Below, piece after piece: positions 10,773-20,811 of a DNA stretch of 64,000 bases. The stretch lies in NCBI GenBank assembly GCA_036918135.1, contig JBALDB010000039.1, positions 1 through 64,000 of the forward strand, written 5' to 3'. This DNA is from Nostoc sp. GTDB taxonomy: Bacteria > Cyanobacteriota > Cyanobacteriia > Cyanobacteriales > Nostocaceae. A program made the translations under genes and the position numbers. The notes under the pieces were generated by a model. That model did no database searches, was not told the DNA's origin, and was given only the letters and a program-made list of their open reading frames with translations. Each line of letters starts with the position of its first letter. The stretch's first letter is position 1.

Positions 10773-11069
10773 TAGTGTCTTCTCCCTTTTCAAGTCAAAC
10801 AACACGGAGTCCTATAAGAGTTGGACTATAAGTGCATGATTATTTATTCAATCGTTTTTGATTGTCGCAAAACTTGTATCTCGGATGAAGTAAAGACTTG
10901 TAAGGGTTTTGTTTGGAGTCTGTAGGGGTAAGCATCGCCCAAACCTCGTCCCTGATTGGAATCTAGCTTTTGACTTTGACAACATTACTATTGTTTTTTC
11001 AAATAAATCTTAATTTTTCGGCAAATTTGTTTTCAATTCAGGGCGATGTATTAACTATTTAGCTGATTG

Positions 11070-11190
11070 TATAGCAGGAGGCAGTTCGCGTAACGTGTCG
11101 AAGACAAGGCAGCTATGCTGGAGGTAAAACATTACTGTTCCTAACATCCAGGCTTGTCATTATGTCCTAACCTTTAATTCGCTTGCTAAG
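11070..11190 (+). repeat. ~120-bp dispersed element beginning TATAGC (second copy inverted at 20692-20811)
   Basis: Shared tatagcaggaggcagttcgcgta.cgtgtcgaagacaaggcag...ggaggtaaaac...tgtcctaac. Confidence 0.8.
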
Positions 11191-11278
11191 GTTTGAGTCA
11201 TCATTTATTCCTCGACTATCGACGGTTAACTGTTGACGGTTAAGAGTTAACAGTCAACAGAAACAGACATGATATTAG

Positions 11279-11848
11279 TTATTGCCGAAAAATTTCTACT
11301 TTTTCTAACACTACCTCTTGATTTGGACGGTCTCTAGTCGTAGGCACATTAGCAATACGGTTGACTACATCCATACCTTGGACAACTTCACCAAAGACAC
11401 TGTGTTTGCGGTCAAGATAAGGCGTTGGTACTTCTGTAATGAACCATTGCGAACCATTAGTACCGGGGCCTGCATTAGCCATTGAGAGGATACCCGCACT
11501 AGAATGTTTCAATTCTGGATGAAACTCATCTGTAAATTGATATCCCGGACCACCAGTACCCCAGCGGTTGGCCATATCCAGATAACGACTTAGGGGATCG
11601 CCACACTGAATCATAAAATTAGGAATGACTCGGTGAAAGCGAACCCCATCGTAGGCAGGAGTACCTTTGAGAGATTGACCGGTTTTCGGGTCTTTCCAGT
11701 CGATTGTTCCAGTTGCTAGACCAACAAAATTTTTGACGGTATTAGGGGTTTTTTCTTCCTCTAAACGAACTACAATTTCGCCTAAAGAAGTAGTTAAACG
11801 AGCGTGAAGTTTGCCGTTGCCGGGAATATTAATTTCTGGAAAATTCAT
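11279..11848 (-). CDS. cyclophilin-type peptidyl-prolyl cis-trans isomerase
   Basis: [15 protein letters not shown] and [18 protein letters not shown] motifs. Confidence 0.96.
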   Translation of the reverse strand: MNFPEINIPGNGKLHARLTTSLGEIVVRLEEEKTPNTVKNFVGLATGTIDWKDPKTGQSLKGTPAYDGVRFHRVIPNFMIQCGDPLSRYLDMANRWGTGGPGYQFTDEFHPELKHSSAGILSMANAGPGTNGSQWFITEVPTPYLDRKHSVFGEVVQGMDVVNRIANVPTTRDRPNQEVVLEKVEIFRQ

Positions 11849-11968
11849 GAGATATCCTATGAATGAAAACAGCCAGTACTTGACCTATGATAAGCCGAGC
11901 GGTATTCAAGTTGCAGGTTTATAAATTATGAAAAAACTCAACTTAGAATACTTGACAAAAAGAATATT

Positions 11969-13948
11969 TTACTCAGGTAAATTAATTGCTGGATTGCGGT
12001 TGAAGAATCCTCTAGGTGCTAGTTTAAATCCAACTCGATGAATTGGCATTACAGGCCAATCTTCCGATCGCGGAATATGAGTCACGCCCATTGTGTACCA
12101 TAACACGATATCTTCACCCGTTAATGATTCATCATCTGTAATATATTTAGGTAAACCTTCTCCGGGTTGAGTTTGATTAGGATAATCACCGCCAGCATAC
12201 AGTTCGCTGAGTTTATATTTTGTTACCCAAACATGATGTGTGGCGAATTCTGCTCGTTGGCGGATTTTTGAGCCTTCTACAGGAAAAAATAGGGAATTTC
12301 CTTCTGGTATCAGCATATATCCAGGCGCAGCACCAAGAGCATTCTTTTTATCTGTACTCACAATCATCCATTTGCGATTGTGTTTCATATCCATATCGCG
12401 CACAGCAGCCGTTTCTTTAATTAGTGGAGTTTCTACAAGTGCGATTGCATTTCCTGAAGGATTTTTTTCATCCATTGGTAAAGCGTTAACATTCATTTCC
12501 ATCATCGAATTAGCTTTACCATCTACATCCAAATCTAGGCGATAGTTGAAAAAGTGCTGATGATTTACTCCTATGATATTTTTTGCAATCAAACTGCCAT
12601 AGGAATTATCTTCAGATTTTTCAGCAGCTGTTCCTTGTGCCAGGACAATACCTGTTAATTCGTTTTGTACTTCTAAGGTTCCATCTTCGTGAAAAATCCA
12701 ATTAATGCTGTAATCATAGTTGTCAATTGCCACTGTCGTTGTCATCACTAATTCTCGATGGCGACGGACATCATTACGTTGAGTATTATATTCATAGTGC
12801 TTCCAGAGCATTCCATTATCGCGCTCGTAGATCCCGATAACCCCTGGCATCTTGTAAGATTCTCCCTGTTCATTAGCAAATATTGCATCTAATAAAAGAC
12901 CGTTTTCCGGAATTTCCTTACCTAACTCCATCTTATTTGCTAATAAACCAAAGTTATATTCACCAACATCAAAGGCATTTCTAAAAGACCATGTAGGCTC
13001 AGGATTGCCATAAGGAACTACCATTTCCGACAGACTAGCACGATATAAAACCGGCCGGACATTTTCCCCATCTTTGTATGTTACTTGGTACAGCACCAAT
13101 CCGCTACGAGGATGCATTAGATAGCGAAACTTCCAACCTTGCCAGCTAATTTCGTTATCATGAATTTGGAAACTTTTACCATTAGGTTGGAGAATCTTTA
13201 ACGCTTTGAGTGGTGAATGTAATTTACCCAAAGACTTAACATTGTAGTCCCAATTTTCTTCAGAGAAAGGTACTTTTCCCCTGTCAATCAAACTGGCCAT
13301 TTTACCTGTATTCAAATTGACTGTTGCTACTACTCCTTCAATCGGACTACCGTAATAGTTCCAGTATTTTCCTTTGTAATAAGATAAGCCTCGACAAAGA
13401 CGATTACCTGTTTTTTGTTCCTGTTCGCTTAGAACTCCTGGTGCCCACCAACTGATTTTAACTCGCTCAAAATCTGTAATTCCCCGCTTTCGCATCGCCG
13501 CTTGCCATCGGGGATCGGCTCTTACTACCTGGTTTGCTAGTTCATATTCTGAATTGACGAGTGCAGGTTGGACAGAGGGTATTTCTTTCCAAGAACTTAA
13601 GGTTTTACTTTTTAAATCAACAACTCCCTCAAAGGTTTTATTTTGCGATCGCTCATAGATTATCAAAAAAGCTCGGCGTTTGAAAAGTTTACCAGGTATG
13701 AAATTTACAACTTCTTCTTTATCTGGTTCTTGTAAAGCAATCAGTGGAAAAACTGCCATTTCGCTCAAAGTTTTTTCTCTGTTGATAACCGAAACAGCTG
13801 TAGTAATTTCTGTCTCAGTTAAGGCACTTAGAGGATGGGAAATTGCAACCTGTTGAGCAGATAATTTTGCTAATAATCCAAATGAGATAGAAATGACAAC
13901 AATGATGGTAATAGCTAGTCTAAAAAAATACCTTAGCCGCTTAATCAT
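11969..13948 (-). CDS. tynA: copper amine oxidase (TPQ-dependent) with signal peptide
   Basis: NYDY TPQ motif, HQH and THIPR copper ligands, FDVGEY active-site base, EDWPVMP. Confidence 0.93.
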   Translation of the reverse strand: MIKRLRYFFRLAITIIVVISISFGLLAKLSAQQVAISHPLSALTETEITTAVSVINREKTLSEMAVFPLIALQEPDKEEVVNFIPGKLFKRRAFLIIYERSQNKTFEGVVDLKSKTLSSWKEIPSVQPALVNSEYELANQVVRADPRWQAAMRKRGITDFERVKISWWAPGVLSEQEQKTGNRLCRGLSYYKGKYWNYYGSPIEGVVATVNLNTGKMASLIDRGKVPFSEENWDYNVKSLGKLHSPLKALKILQPNGKSFQIHDNEISWQGWKFRYLMHPRSGLVLYQVTYKDGENVRPVLYRASLSEMVVPYGNPEPTWSFRNAFDVGEYNFGLLANKMELGKEIPENGLLLDAIFANEQGESYKMPGVIGIYERDNGMLWKHYEYNTQRNDVRRHRELVMTTTVAIDNYDYSINWIFHEDGTLEVQNELTGIVLAQGTAAEKSEDNSYGSLIAKNIIGVNHQHFFNYRLDLDVDGKANSMMEMNVNALPMDEKNPSGNAIALVETPLIKETAAVRDMDMKHNRKWMIVSTDKKNALGAAPGYMLIPEGNSLFFPVEGSKIRQRAEFATHHVWVTKYKLSELYAGGDYPNQTQPGEGLPKYITDDESLTGEDIVLWYTMGVTHIPRSEDWPVMPIHRVGFKLAPRGFFNRNPAINLPE

Positions 13949-14041
13949 CTTTTACTTCTGACAAAAGACGTGATAGTTATCTATTTCCAAGTCAAAACTT
14001 CAAAACCGATAAATTAAGAGAAGAAAGCTAAATTAATTTCC

Positions 14042-14179
14042 ATTGCTCAAGCAGCTATGTATACTGAGCTAGAATCAGAGCGTCTCAAAGAGTTGCTTGA
14101 AGAGGCAACGAAGATAGGGTATGCTGAAGTGAACAACGATCCAAATACTAGAGCTATCCGTTATCACTTTGATGTGTAA
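14042..14179 (+). pseudogene. orphan 3' gene fragment (IAQAAMYTELESERLKELLEEATKIGYAEVNNDPNTRAIRYHFDV*)
   Basis: 46 open codons resembling, from memory, the C-terminus of cyanobacterial NINE/TM2-domain proteins; no N-terminal part is present. Confidence 0.5.
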
Positions 14180-14334
14180 CATTTAGGATTAACTTCCGAT
14201 CGCGCTATAGCAAGGAAAATTCTAAGGTAAATATTTAATATACTCTCACGTGATTAGCGATCGCTCTAGCTGCTACAGTTAATTGGCAAAGAGCGATCGC
14301 GCTATGACATAACATTTGGATGCATTTAGATATG

Positions 14335-14868
14335 TTAGGCAGAAACTAAACGACGTAAAGATTCAGCGCGGCGTTTAGCAATAGGATTATTGGGAGCAAA
14401 TTTGAGTGCTTCTTCGTAAGTTTGTAATGCTTGAGTATTTAATTTTTTCTTTTCATAGGCATGACCGAGATTATTTAACGCTGTCACATAATCTGGTTTA
14501 TCTTTGAGGGCTTCTTTGTACTGACGAATTGCTAGGTCATATTGCTCTTGAACAAAGTAAGCATAACCTAGTCCATTGTATATGGGGGCAATATTTTCTT
14601 CTTCCTCTTCTGGGGCAGTTTTCAGAGCTTTTTGAAATAATGTAATCGCCTGTGAATATAATTTTTTTTCAGAATAAATACTGCCTAACTCGTAATATTC
14701 TTGAGTTGTACCCTTTTCTTTCTCTAATTTCTTGCGTAATTTAGAAAAGGAGTTTTCAATCTTGCGAGTTTTGAAAATTTGGCGAAAAACACCTACAAGT
14801 GTAAATACGAGCAAACCTACCAAAATCGAGAGATAAACTACAGCTAAATTATTATCCATTGCCCACAA
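14335..14868 (-). CDS. ycf37: Ycf37/Pyg7-like TPR protein (PSI assembly)
   Basis: N-terminal TM helix and three TPRs; located near rplT-rpmI. Confidence 0.85.
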   Translation of the reverse strand: MWAMDNNLAVVYLSILVGLLVFTLVGVFRQIFKTRKIENSFSKLRKKLEKEKGTTQEYYELGSIYSEKKLYSQAITLFQKALKTAPEEEEENIAPIYNGLGYAYFVQEQYDLAIRQYKEALKDKPDYVTALNNLGHAYEKKKLNTQALQTYEEALKFAPNNPIAKRRAESLRRLVSA

Positions 14869-14899
14869 ATAAAAATATTAAAAGTTACTTTTGTATCTA

Positions 14900-14990
14900 T
14901 ATTGTCATTTGTCCTTTGTCATTTGTAAATACTAATGACCAATGACTATTGTACAGACAAGGATTAATCGCGTCTCTACTAATGACCAAT
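14900..14990. repeat. STRR heptamers plus a short palindromic dispersed repeat
   Basis: ttgtcat/ttgtcct and aatgacc units; gattaatcgcgtctctac. Confidence 0.8.
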
Positions 14991-14997
14991 AGCTAAC

Positions 14998-15813
14998 TTA
15001 TGGTAAACCCCAATATTGAGCGCGTTGAGCGAGCCAACCTTCTGCTATGTAACGAGCGATGGCTTGATTGACTCGTCGTCTTAATTCATCGTACTGCAAT
15101 CCTTTCGGCATTACTACAGATAAGGGTTCAGTTGATAGCTTGGTTGGCAGTAGATGATATTGCGGATATTCTTGTACCCAACCGCCGAGAACGCTAGCAT
15201 CTGCGGCAAAGGCTGCAACAGCATTATTTTCTGTTTGCTCTCGCGCTTCTTGGTAGGAATTAACTCCTACTAACTCGCTGTTTGGCAAATAGTACTGTAC
15301 TTTGGCAATTGTACTGGAGTTATTGAGTACGGCAATTTTTTGTTTTGCCAAATCCTTTAACTGCTGCACAGAAGCATCTTTGGTAATCAATACAGTGCTA
15401 TCTAAGTAGTAGGGAACGCTGAAATCAACTATCCGGGCGCGTGAAGCAGTTGCGGTTACCCTAGAGATCGCTAAATCAACTTTCTTGTCTAAAACTACCG
15501 ACAAGCGATCGCGATTCGCTACGGGTTTAAATTTGACAGCATCTTTTTTACTTAGCAAGTCAACTGCCAACTGCTGTGCCAAGTCAATTTCTAAGCCTTG
15601 CAAATTGCCGCTATCATCTTTAAATCCCAAAGGACGCAAGTTATCTTTAACTGCAATAGTGAAATAACCTCGTCGCTGTATTTCTGGCATTTCGGCGGCA
15701 AATGCAATTAATCCTCTGCCCAAAAAGCAAAAGCAGCAAATCAAGATAATTGTAGCGGATAATACCAGATGTAACCGAGTATTTTCTTGCCATCTGTTAC
15801 ATCGGTTATTCAT
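14998..15813 (-). CDS. polar amino-acid ABC transporter substrate-binding protein
   Basis: EIQRRG...GLEIDLA...VDFSVPYY (SBP family 3). Confidence 0.9.
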   Translation of the reverse strand: MNNRCNRWQENTRLHLVLSATIILICCFCFLGRGLIAFAAEMPEIQRRGYFTIAVKDNLRPLGFKDDSGNLQGLEIDLAQQLAVDLLSKKDAVKFKPVANRDRLSVVLDKKVDLAISRVTATASRARIVDFSVPYYLDSTVLITKDASVQQLKDLAKQKIAVLNNSSTIAKVQYYLPNSELVGVNSYQEAREQTENNAVAAFAADASVLGGWVQEYPQYHLLPTKLSTEPLSVVMPKGLQYDELRRRVNQAIARYIAEGWLAQRAQYWGLP

Positions 15814-15825
15814 CCGTTACCACCT

Positions 15826-16182
15826 TTATCTTTTAGCTTGATTGGCTAATTCAGCTACTTTGCCGAAGCTTGCAGGATCGAGTACTGCTAGTTGTGCCAA
15901 CATTTTGCGATTTAGTTGCACATCAGCTTTTTTCAGGTTGCCAATCAGCTGGCTGTAACTCAAGCCGTGTTGTCTTGCAGCAGCGTTGATCCGAGTAATC
16001 CACAAGCGACGAAAATCGCGCTTTTTCTTTTTGCGATCGCGGTAGGCACTCCGCAGTGCCTTCATCACTTGTTGGTTGGCAGTTCTAAACAGAGTTGAGT
16101 GGGAACCGCGAAAACCTTTAGCTAGTTTGAGAATTTTATTGCGGCGTTTGCGAGCTACGTTACCGCGTTTTACCCGTGTCAT
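15826..16182 (-). CDS. rplT: 50S ribosomal protein L20
   Basis: MTRVKRG...[12 protein letters not shown]. Confidence 0.99.
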   Translation of the reverse strand: MTRVKRGNVARKRRNKILKLAKGFRGSHSTLFRTANQQVMKALRSAYRDRKKKKRDFRRLWITRINAAARQHGLSYSQLIGNLKKADVQLNRKMLAQLAVLDPASFGKVAELANQAKR

Positions 16183-16204
16183 ATACTTAATTTCCTACAA
16201 GGAC

Positions 16205-16402
16205 TTACAAATATGGGAGCATCAAGCGCACATTCTCTTCATCGCGTTCGTGTACAAGTGTAGTTTTGGACAGGTTACGCTTTTTGTTAGAAGTTTTATG
16301 CTCTAAAAGGTGGTTTTTGAAAGCTTTGCGACGCACGATTTTACCGCTGCCGGTGGCACGGAATCGCTTGGCTGCTGCTTTACGAGTCTTGAGTTTAGGC
16401 AT
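16205..16402 (-). CDS. rpmI: 50S ribosomal protein L35
   Basis: [14 protein letters not shown]. Confidence 0.99.
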   Translation of the reverse strand: MPKLKTRKAAAKRFRATGSGKIVRRKAFKNHLLEHKTSNKKRNLSKTTLVHERDEENVRLMLPYL

Positions 16403-16993
16403 TGTCTAGCTTGAATTCGACACAATCCCTCATTATATACCATCTCTATTGCTTCAATGGCAATTAATTCAAGATTCTAACCAATCACAAAGTTGTAAAA
16501 GGGAATTTGGCAGGAAATTTGGGGAGCGATCGCAAGGTTTATACCATTGGCAAAAATAACTAGATTGGTGCTGTTATCACAAAAGTACAATGTTATACTA
16601 ACTCGACTTTTCAAAGGCTTAGTAAAGATATTTTATAAAATATGTAATTTTACTTAAGTATTTATCCAAAAAAAGTAGATACAGTTATAATCATAATTAA
16701 TTTACGCCTGAGAGCAAGAAATTTGTACTGTTCCTGAGTTAGTTAGGCAAACAGGCTAAAGCAACTAATTTTATCTTTAATCCTCTCACAACCAACTTTA
16801 AAGTGAGACATGGTTTTTTAGTTAACCATTTGATGGCAATGGCGAGATTGGTGCGGTATTTGTCGGGAATTTTCTTACCTTTGTCAGGCATACAGTTAGC
16901 AAAAACAGTGAAGAAGTATTAAATCTGCAATCAGGTTTAAAAAGTTTATGTAAAAAATATTAATTGAGCATTATTGTATGGAAAAATTCTATC

Positions 16994-17109
16994 TATAAGA
17001 CTCATATTTGATTTTGGGAAAAAAGACTGTATACCTCAAAGAGCCTTCTTTCCTGTTCCCTGTTCTCTGCCTACGTAAGTAATTTCAGAAATAAAAACCG
17101 ATTCCTATA
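16994..17109. repeat. palindromic MITE-like element with TATA ends and internal heptamers
   Basis: tataagactcatatttgatttt ... ttcagaaataaaaaccgattcctata; internal cctgttc repeats. Confidence 0.6.
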
Positions 17110-17117
17110 TCATTTTT

Positions 17118-17759
17118 TTGGAGACCAATACGATGTTTACCAATATAGTAAAAAGTACGATCAAATACACTCCCCTTCAGAAATGGGAGTATATCGATCA
17201 AAAGATTGAGCTACGCAGAAAAGGAAAAAGAATACAATTTATAGAAGAATTTTTGCCAAAGAATGGAATTGGTGCGGAACTAGGAGTATTCAAAGGTCAT
17301 CTATCCCCCATTCTTCTGGAGTATACTAATGCAAAAAAACTGCACCTTATCGATCCTTGGTATTTCTTGGCAGCTACTTGGCCATGGGCAAACGGCAACC
17401 GAAGTACGGTTGATGCTTTAAGAAAAATTCTGCAAACCTTCAAAAAACAACTTGAAGATGGACGTATCCTGATACATGTGGGCGACGATCTTCAAGTACT
17501 TACCACGTTTCCCGATCGATATTTTGATTGGGTTTATATTGATACGTCTCATGAGTATGAACATACTAAGCACGAGTTGCAGATACTAGCTAGCAAAGTC
17601 AAGGAAAATGGTGTAATAGCAGGGGATGATTGGCAGCCAGACCCAAGTCGTAGGCATTATGGAGTTTATCAAGCTGTAAATGAGTTTGTTGCTTCTCAAG
17701 AGTATAGTCTCGTATACTCCGATCCAGATACTAAGCAATGGGCAATAAAGAAGAACTAA
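17118..17759 (+). CDS. class I SAM-dependent methyltransferase (Methyltransf_24-like)
   Basis: GAELGVFKG, IDPW, FDWVYID.SH.YE and GVIAGDD motifs. Confidence 0.88.
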   Translation: METNTMFTNIVKSTIKYTPLQKWEYIDQKIELRRKGKRIQFIEEFLPKNGIGAELGVFKGHLSPILLEYTNAKKLHLIDPWYFLAATWPWANGNRSTVDALRKILQTFKKQLEDGRILIHVGDDLQVLTTFPDRYFDWVYIDTSHEYEHTKHELQILASKVKENGVIAGDDWQPDPSRRHYGVYQAVNEFVASQEYSLVYSDPDTKQWAIKKN

Positions 17760-17829
17760 TATCAAGTTCGCTTAATTACTTATAATTCAAAATTCTTTGC
17801 GTACATAACTATGTCATCCAATATGATAT
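17759..17829. repeat. short copy of the 8959-9109 element family
   Basis: atatcaagttcgcttaattactta ... atatgatat. Confidence 0.6.
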
Positions 17830-17917
17830 AGCAAGGCACTGCACAGCAATTCTGCTGCGCTCTATTGCTGCCGTAAAGCTTGGTGGTTATGCTGCTTAGT
17901 ACGTGTTTGTAGAAGAT

Positions 17918-20353
17918 TTATTTGGCTATGATTGCTGAAGTGGCGACACATTCAGGAAACTGGCGCTTTAATGCCGGAAAAACCGGGCAAGGTACTTGTT
18001 CTTGTAAATTTTCTGGTTTACTCCAAGTAAAGGGGGCTTTCTGCGCCGCAGACATCCATAATAAAAGCTTTGCTCGTGTCATAGCAACGTAGAGTAAACG
18101 GTACTCTTCAGATATTTTTAACTGCTTTGCTAGCTCCCATGCTTGCGTTACATCCGGTATGGTAGATTCTCCGTGCAGAGCAGCACGAATTTGGGCACGG
18201 GCTACTTCTGATAAAGTAAAATCGCCTAAGAATTGGCTTTGGGGAGGAACCCAAAATCTTCCCGGAATTAAGTTTTCGTGCAGAAAGGGAATAAAAACAT
18301 AATCCCAGTCCAGCCCTTTGGCTTTGTGCATAGTAATGATGGTTAGTTGACCGCGACGGGTGTAACGTTCTTCTGAATCTTCGGTTTCCACTGGTTCAAA
18401 CCGTTCAGAACTAACGATTTCACTTAAAGCTGACAGCATTGCCCTCATAGAACTATTGCTAGCTACCTGCTGATTTACTCGTTCTGCTAATTTATCAGCA
18501 GTTGCCAATTCCGCCTGGTCGTAATTTAAGGTCAAGGCGAGGAAAGAAATTAGTTGATACAGGGGCAGTTCCAAACGAGCGCGGAGTAAACTGCGACACA
18601 AGTGTGCGGCTTTTTGTACTGGTTCTGGCTGGGGTGGTGCTAGAGGACTCGGATACAAAAATTCTTCTGGGAGACTAGCAAGGGCGTTGAGGTCTTGAGT
18701 AGAAATTAACTGACGCTGCACCAATGTTTCTAGTGCAGCTTTGAGGTAATCAGGAGAGTGGGGTCGATCGCAAAATTGTAACAGTGCCAAAATTTCTTGG
18801 GGTACATGAGAGCGGCGATCGCGTTCTCCCACATCATAAAGTGTAATATTATGCTCTTTGCACACAGGTGCTAAAGCCTCTGCCAGCCATCGTCCTTGGC
18901 GATTTTCTCGCACTAAAATCGCTGCACTATTTTTTGTAGGATCTTTGCCAAATAACTCGATCGCTCTTTGAGATAATAATTCAACGGTGTGATGAATATC
19001 ACGCGGAGTATATAATTCCAGTCCTCGTCCTACTGGTGCGGGGTTAGCGTTCGTTTGCGGATCGCCAGCATCAACAGGGCGAATTGTCTGCAAGCGAAAT
19101 GGTACTTGTCGATTATCAGTATCGGGGAATGGAGACTTTGTAGAAACGCGATTGATCGCGTCTGGGTTACGGTTAGTTGTTGACCACTGATTATTGATCC
19201 ATTTGAGAGCAAAGTTAGCAGCTTCAATAATTATTCTCGTACTGCGACCGGCTCGATCCATCGTCGCCAATCGTTGAATGCGATCGCACTCTTGGCAAAA
19301 TTGCCGAAAATAAATTGGATCGGCTGGGGTAAAAGTGGAGTTAATCGCCTGGTTGGGGTCGCCGACGCGCACCAAGTTGAGTGCTGAGTGCTGAGTTGGA
19401 AATTCTCCCCATCTCCTCATCTCCTCATCTTCGGAATTACTCGCCAAAATTTCCAACAACCGCGTCTGTAGGGGGCTAGAATCTTGGGCTTCATCTTCAA
19501 AGACGGCGAAAACTTGGTTTTGCTCGATGCGGCGGGCGCTGTCGTTTTCTAAAACCCGTAGTGCAGCTAAAATCATCTCGTCGTAGTCAATGAAGTCGCG
19601 CGATCGCATTAAGTTTTGATATTGCTCGTACAATCCGGCTGCTACACTTAAAATTGCATATTCGTCTGTGGTTTGTTCGCTCCATTCTTGCAATAATTCT
19701 GGCGATATCCCAGAACTTTTGGCTTCATGAATTACTGTATTAGCTAATTCTGGTAAGACTTCTGTCCGCAGTACTGATTGGCGACGTAACCTTTCTGTCT
19801 CTTCTCCATCAAATTGATAACCTTCTAATAACCGCAAATAACGTTCTGGATTATTCCCAATCCATTGCTCTACGGCTGTGCGGATTAAGCGGTGACTTTG
19901 AGTTGGTGTAATTAATGTGACGTATTCTAACTGCAACCCTGATAAATCGGGATGGCGACTGGCAATGTTCAACGCTAGACCATGCAAAGTATAGACAAAA
20001 AAGCCTGTTTGAGGTAGAGATAAATCATCTCGTAAGTATTTGCGAATCTTGGTTTTAATATTGGCAGCGGCGGAGCGAGTAAAAGTGACAACCACTAACT
20101 GACGGCGCACAGATGAGCGCGACTCAGCAGAGCGTTCATACTGCCGTGCAAGCGCGATTGCTGCCGCCGCCGCCATTCCAGTGGATTTGCCTGCACCAGG
20201 AACGGCGGAAATAGCTAGAGGCCCAGATTGCCAGTCAGCCATTTGTTGCTGTCCGGGACGCAGACTATTGCGGATGCGTGCTATAGCTTCTGCCCGGAGA
20301 GATGACACGGGCGATCGCTGCAATACTTCTGAATCGAGATGTTCTTGAGGCAC
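17918..20353 (-). CDS. UvrD/Rep-family ATP-dependent helicase
   Basis: AVPGAGKS Walker A, VTFTRSAA, EDEAQD, VGDPNQAI, TMHKAKGL and LLYVAMTRA motifs. Start uncertain: GTG at 20353 chosen, but the frame is open to 20680 through a repeat array. Confidence 0.92.
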   Translation of the reverse strand: MPQEHLDSEVLQRSPVSSLRAEAIARIRNSLRPGQQQMADWQSGPLAISAVPGAGKSTGMAAAAAIALARQYERSAESRSSVRRQLVVVTFTRSAAANIKTKIRKYLRDDLSLPQTGFFVYTLHGLALNIASRHPDLSGLQLEYVTLITPTQSHRLIRTAVEQWIGNNPERYLRLLEGYQFDGEETERLRRQSVLRTEVLPELANTVIHEAKSSGISPELLQEWSEQTTDEYAILSVAAGLYEQYQNLMRSRDFIDYDEMILAALRVLENDSARRIEQNQVFAVFEDEAQDSSPLQTRLLEILASNSEDEEMRRWGEFPTQHSALNLVRVGDPNQAINSTFTPADPIYFRQFCQECDRIQRLATMDRAGRSTRIIIEAANFALKWINNQWSTTNRNPDAINRVSTKSPFPDTDNRQVPFRLQTIRPVDAGDPQTNANPAPVGRGLELYTPRDIHHTVELLSQRAIELFGKDPTKNSAAILVRENRQGRWLAEALAPVCKEHNITLYDVGERDRRSHVPQEILALLQFCDRPHSPDYLKAALETLVQRQLISTQDLNALASLPEEFLYPSPLAPPQPEPVQKAAHLCRSLLRARLELPLYQLISFLALTLNYDQAELATADKLAERVNQQVASNSSMRAMLSALSEIVSSERFEPVETEDSEERYTRRGQLTIITMHKAKGLDWDYVFIPFLHENLIPGRFWVPPQSQFLGDFTLSEVARAQIRAALHGESTIPDVTQAWELAKQLKISEEYRLLYVAMTRAKLLLWMSAAQKAPFTWSKPENLQEQVPCPVFPALKRQFPECVATSAIIAK

Positions 20354-20462
20354 GGTAACAGTGAGGTTATTCTTTCTGAATATAGCGGTTCTTAGGTCTT
20401 GTGTGTAACTTTGCGTTCCCAGGATGAAGGTGATAAGGGAAATGGGGAAGTTTGACGTTTTG

Positions 20463-20672
20463 AACCTGGAAGTTGCAGCTTTGAACTCGAATGTTGAGCC
20501 TTTGAAGCTCGAAGTTGCAGCTTTGAACTCGAATGTTGAGCCTCTGAACCTGGAAGTTGCAGCTTTGAACTCGAACGTTGAGCCTTTTAACCTGGAAGTT
20601 GCAGCTTTCAACTCGAACGTTGAGCCTTTAAACCTGGAAGTTGCAGCTTTCAACTCGAACGTTGAGCCTTTG
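20463..20672. repeat. tandem array, 5 x 42 bp, built from alternating 21-bp A and B units
   Basis: A = aacctggaagttgcagctttg, B = aactcgaa(t/c)gttgagcctttg. Confidence 0.97.
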
Positions 20673-20691
20673 AAGTTCAAACTTTAAGTTT

Positions 20692-20811
20692 TATAGCCGT
20701 AGTCACACACGTTAGGACACTTGGAAAGGGTGAATGCTAGAGTTAGCAATAGTTTTACCTCCTGCCTCCTGCCTTGTCTTCGACACGCTACGCGAACTGC
20801 CTCCTGCTATA
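20692..20811 (-). repeat. 120-bp element with TATAGC...GCTATA ends
   Basis: Inverted copy of 11070-11190; it supplies the stop codon of the EEP gene. Confidence 0.8.

Noticed and set aside
16585..16598. NtcA box GTA-N8-TAC upstream of rpmI
   Set aside because: No well-placed -10 element was found on either strand, and the motif is common by chance in AT-rich DNA.
16825..16965. Fic-like remnant (PFDGNGEIG)
   Set aside because: It lacks the His and Arg of HPFxDGNGR and is too short to support a call.
20463..20672. CRISPR array (alternating units)
   Set aside because: Both A and B units repeat, so there are no unique spacers, and there are no cas genes.
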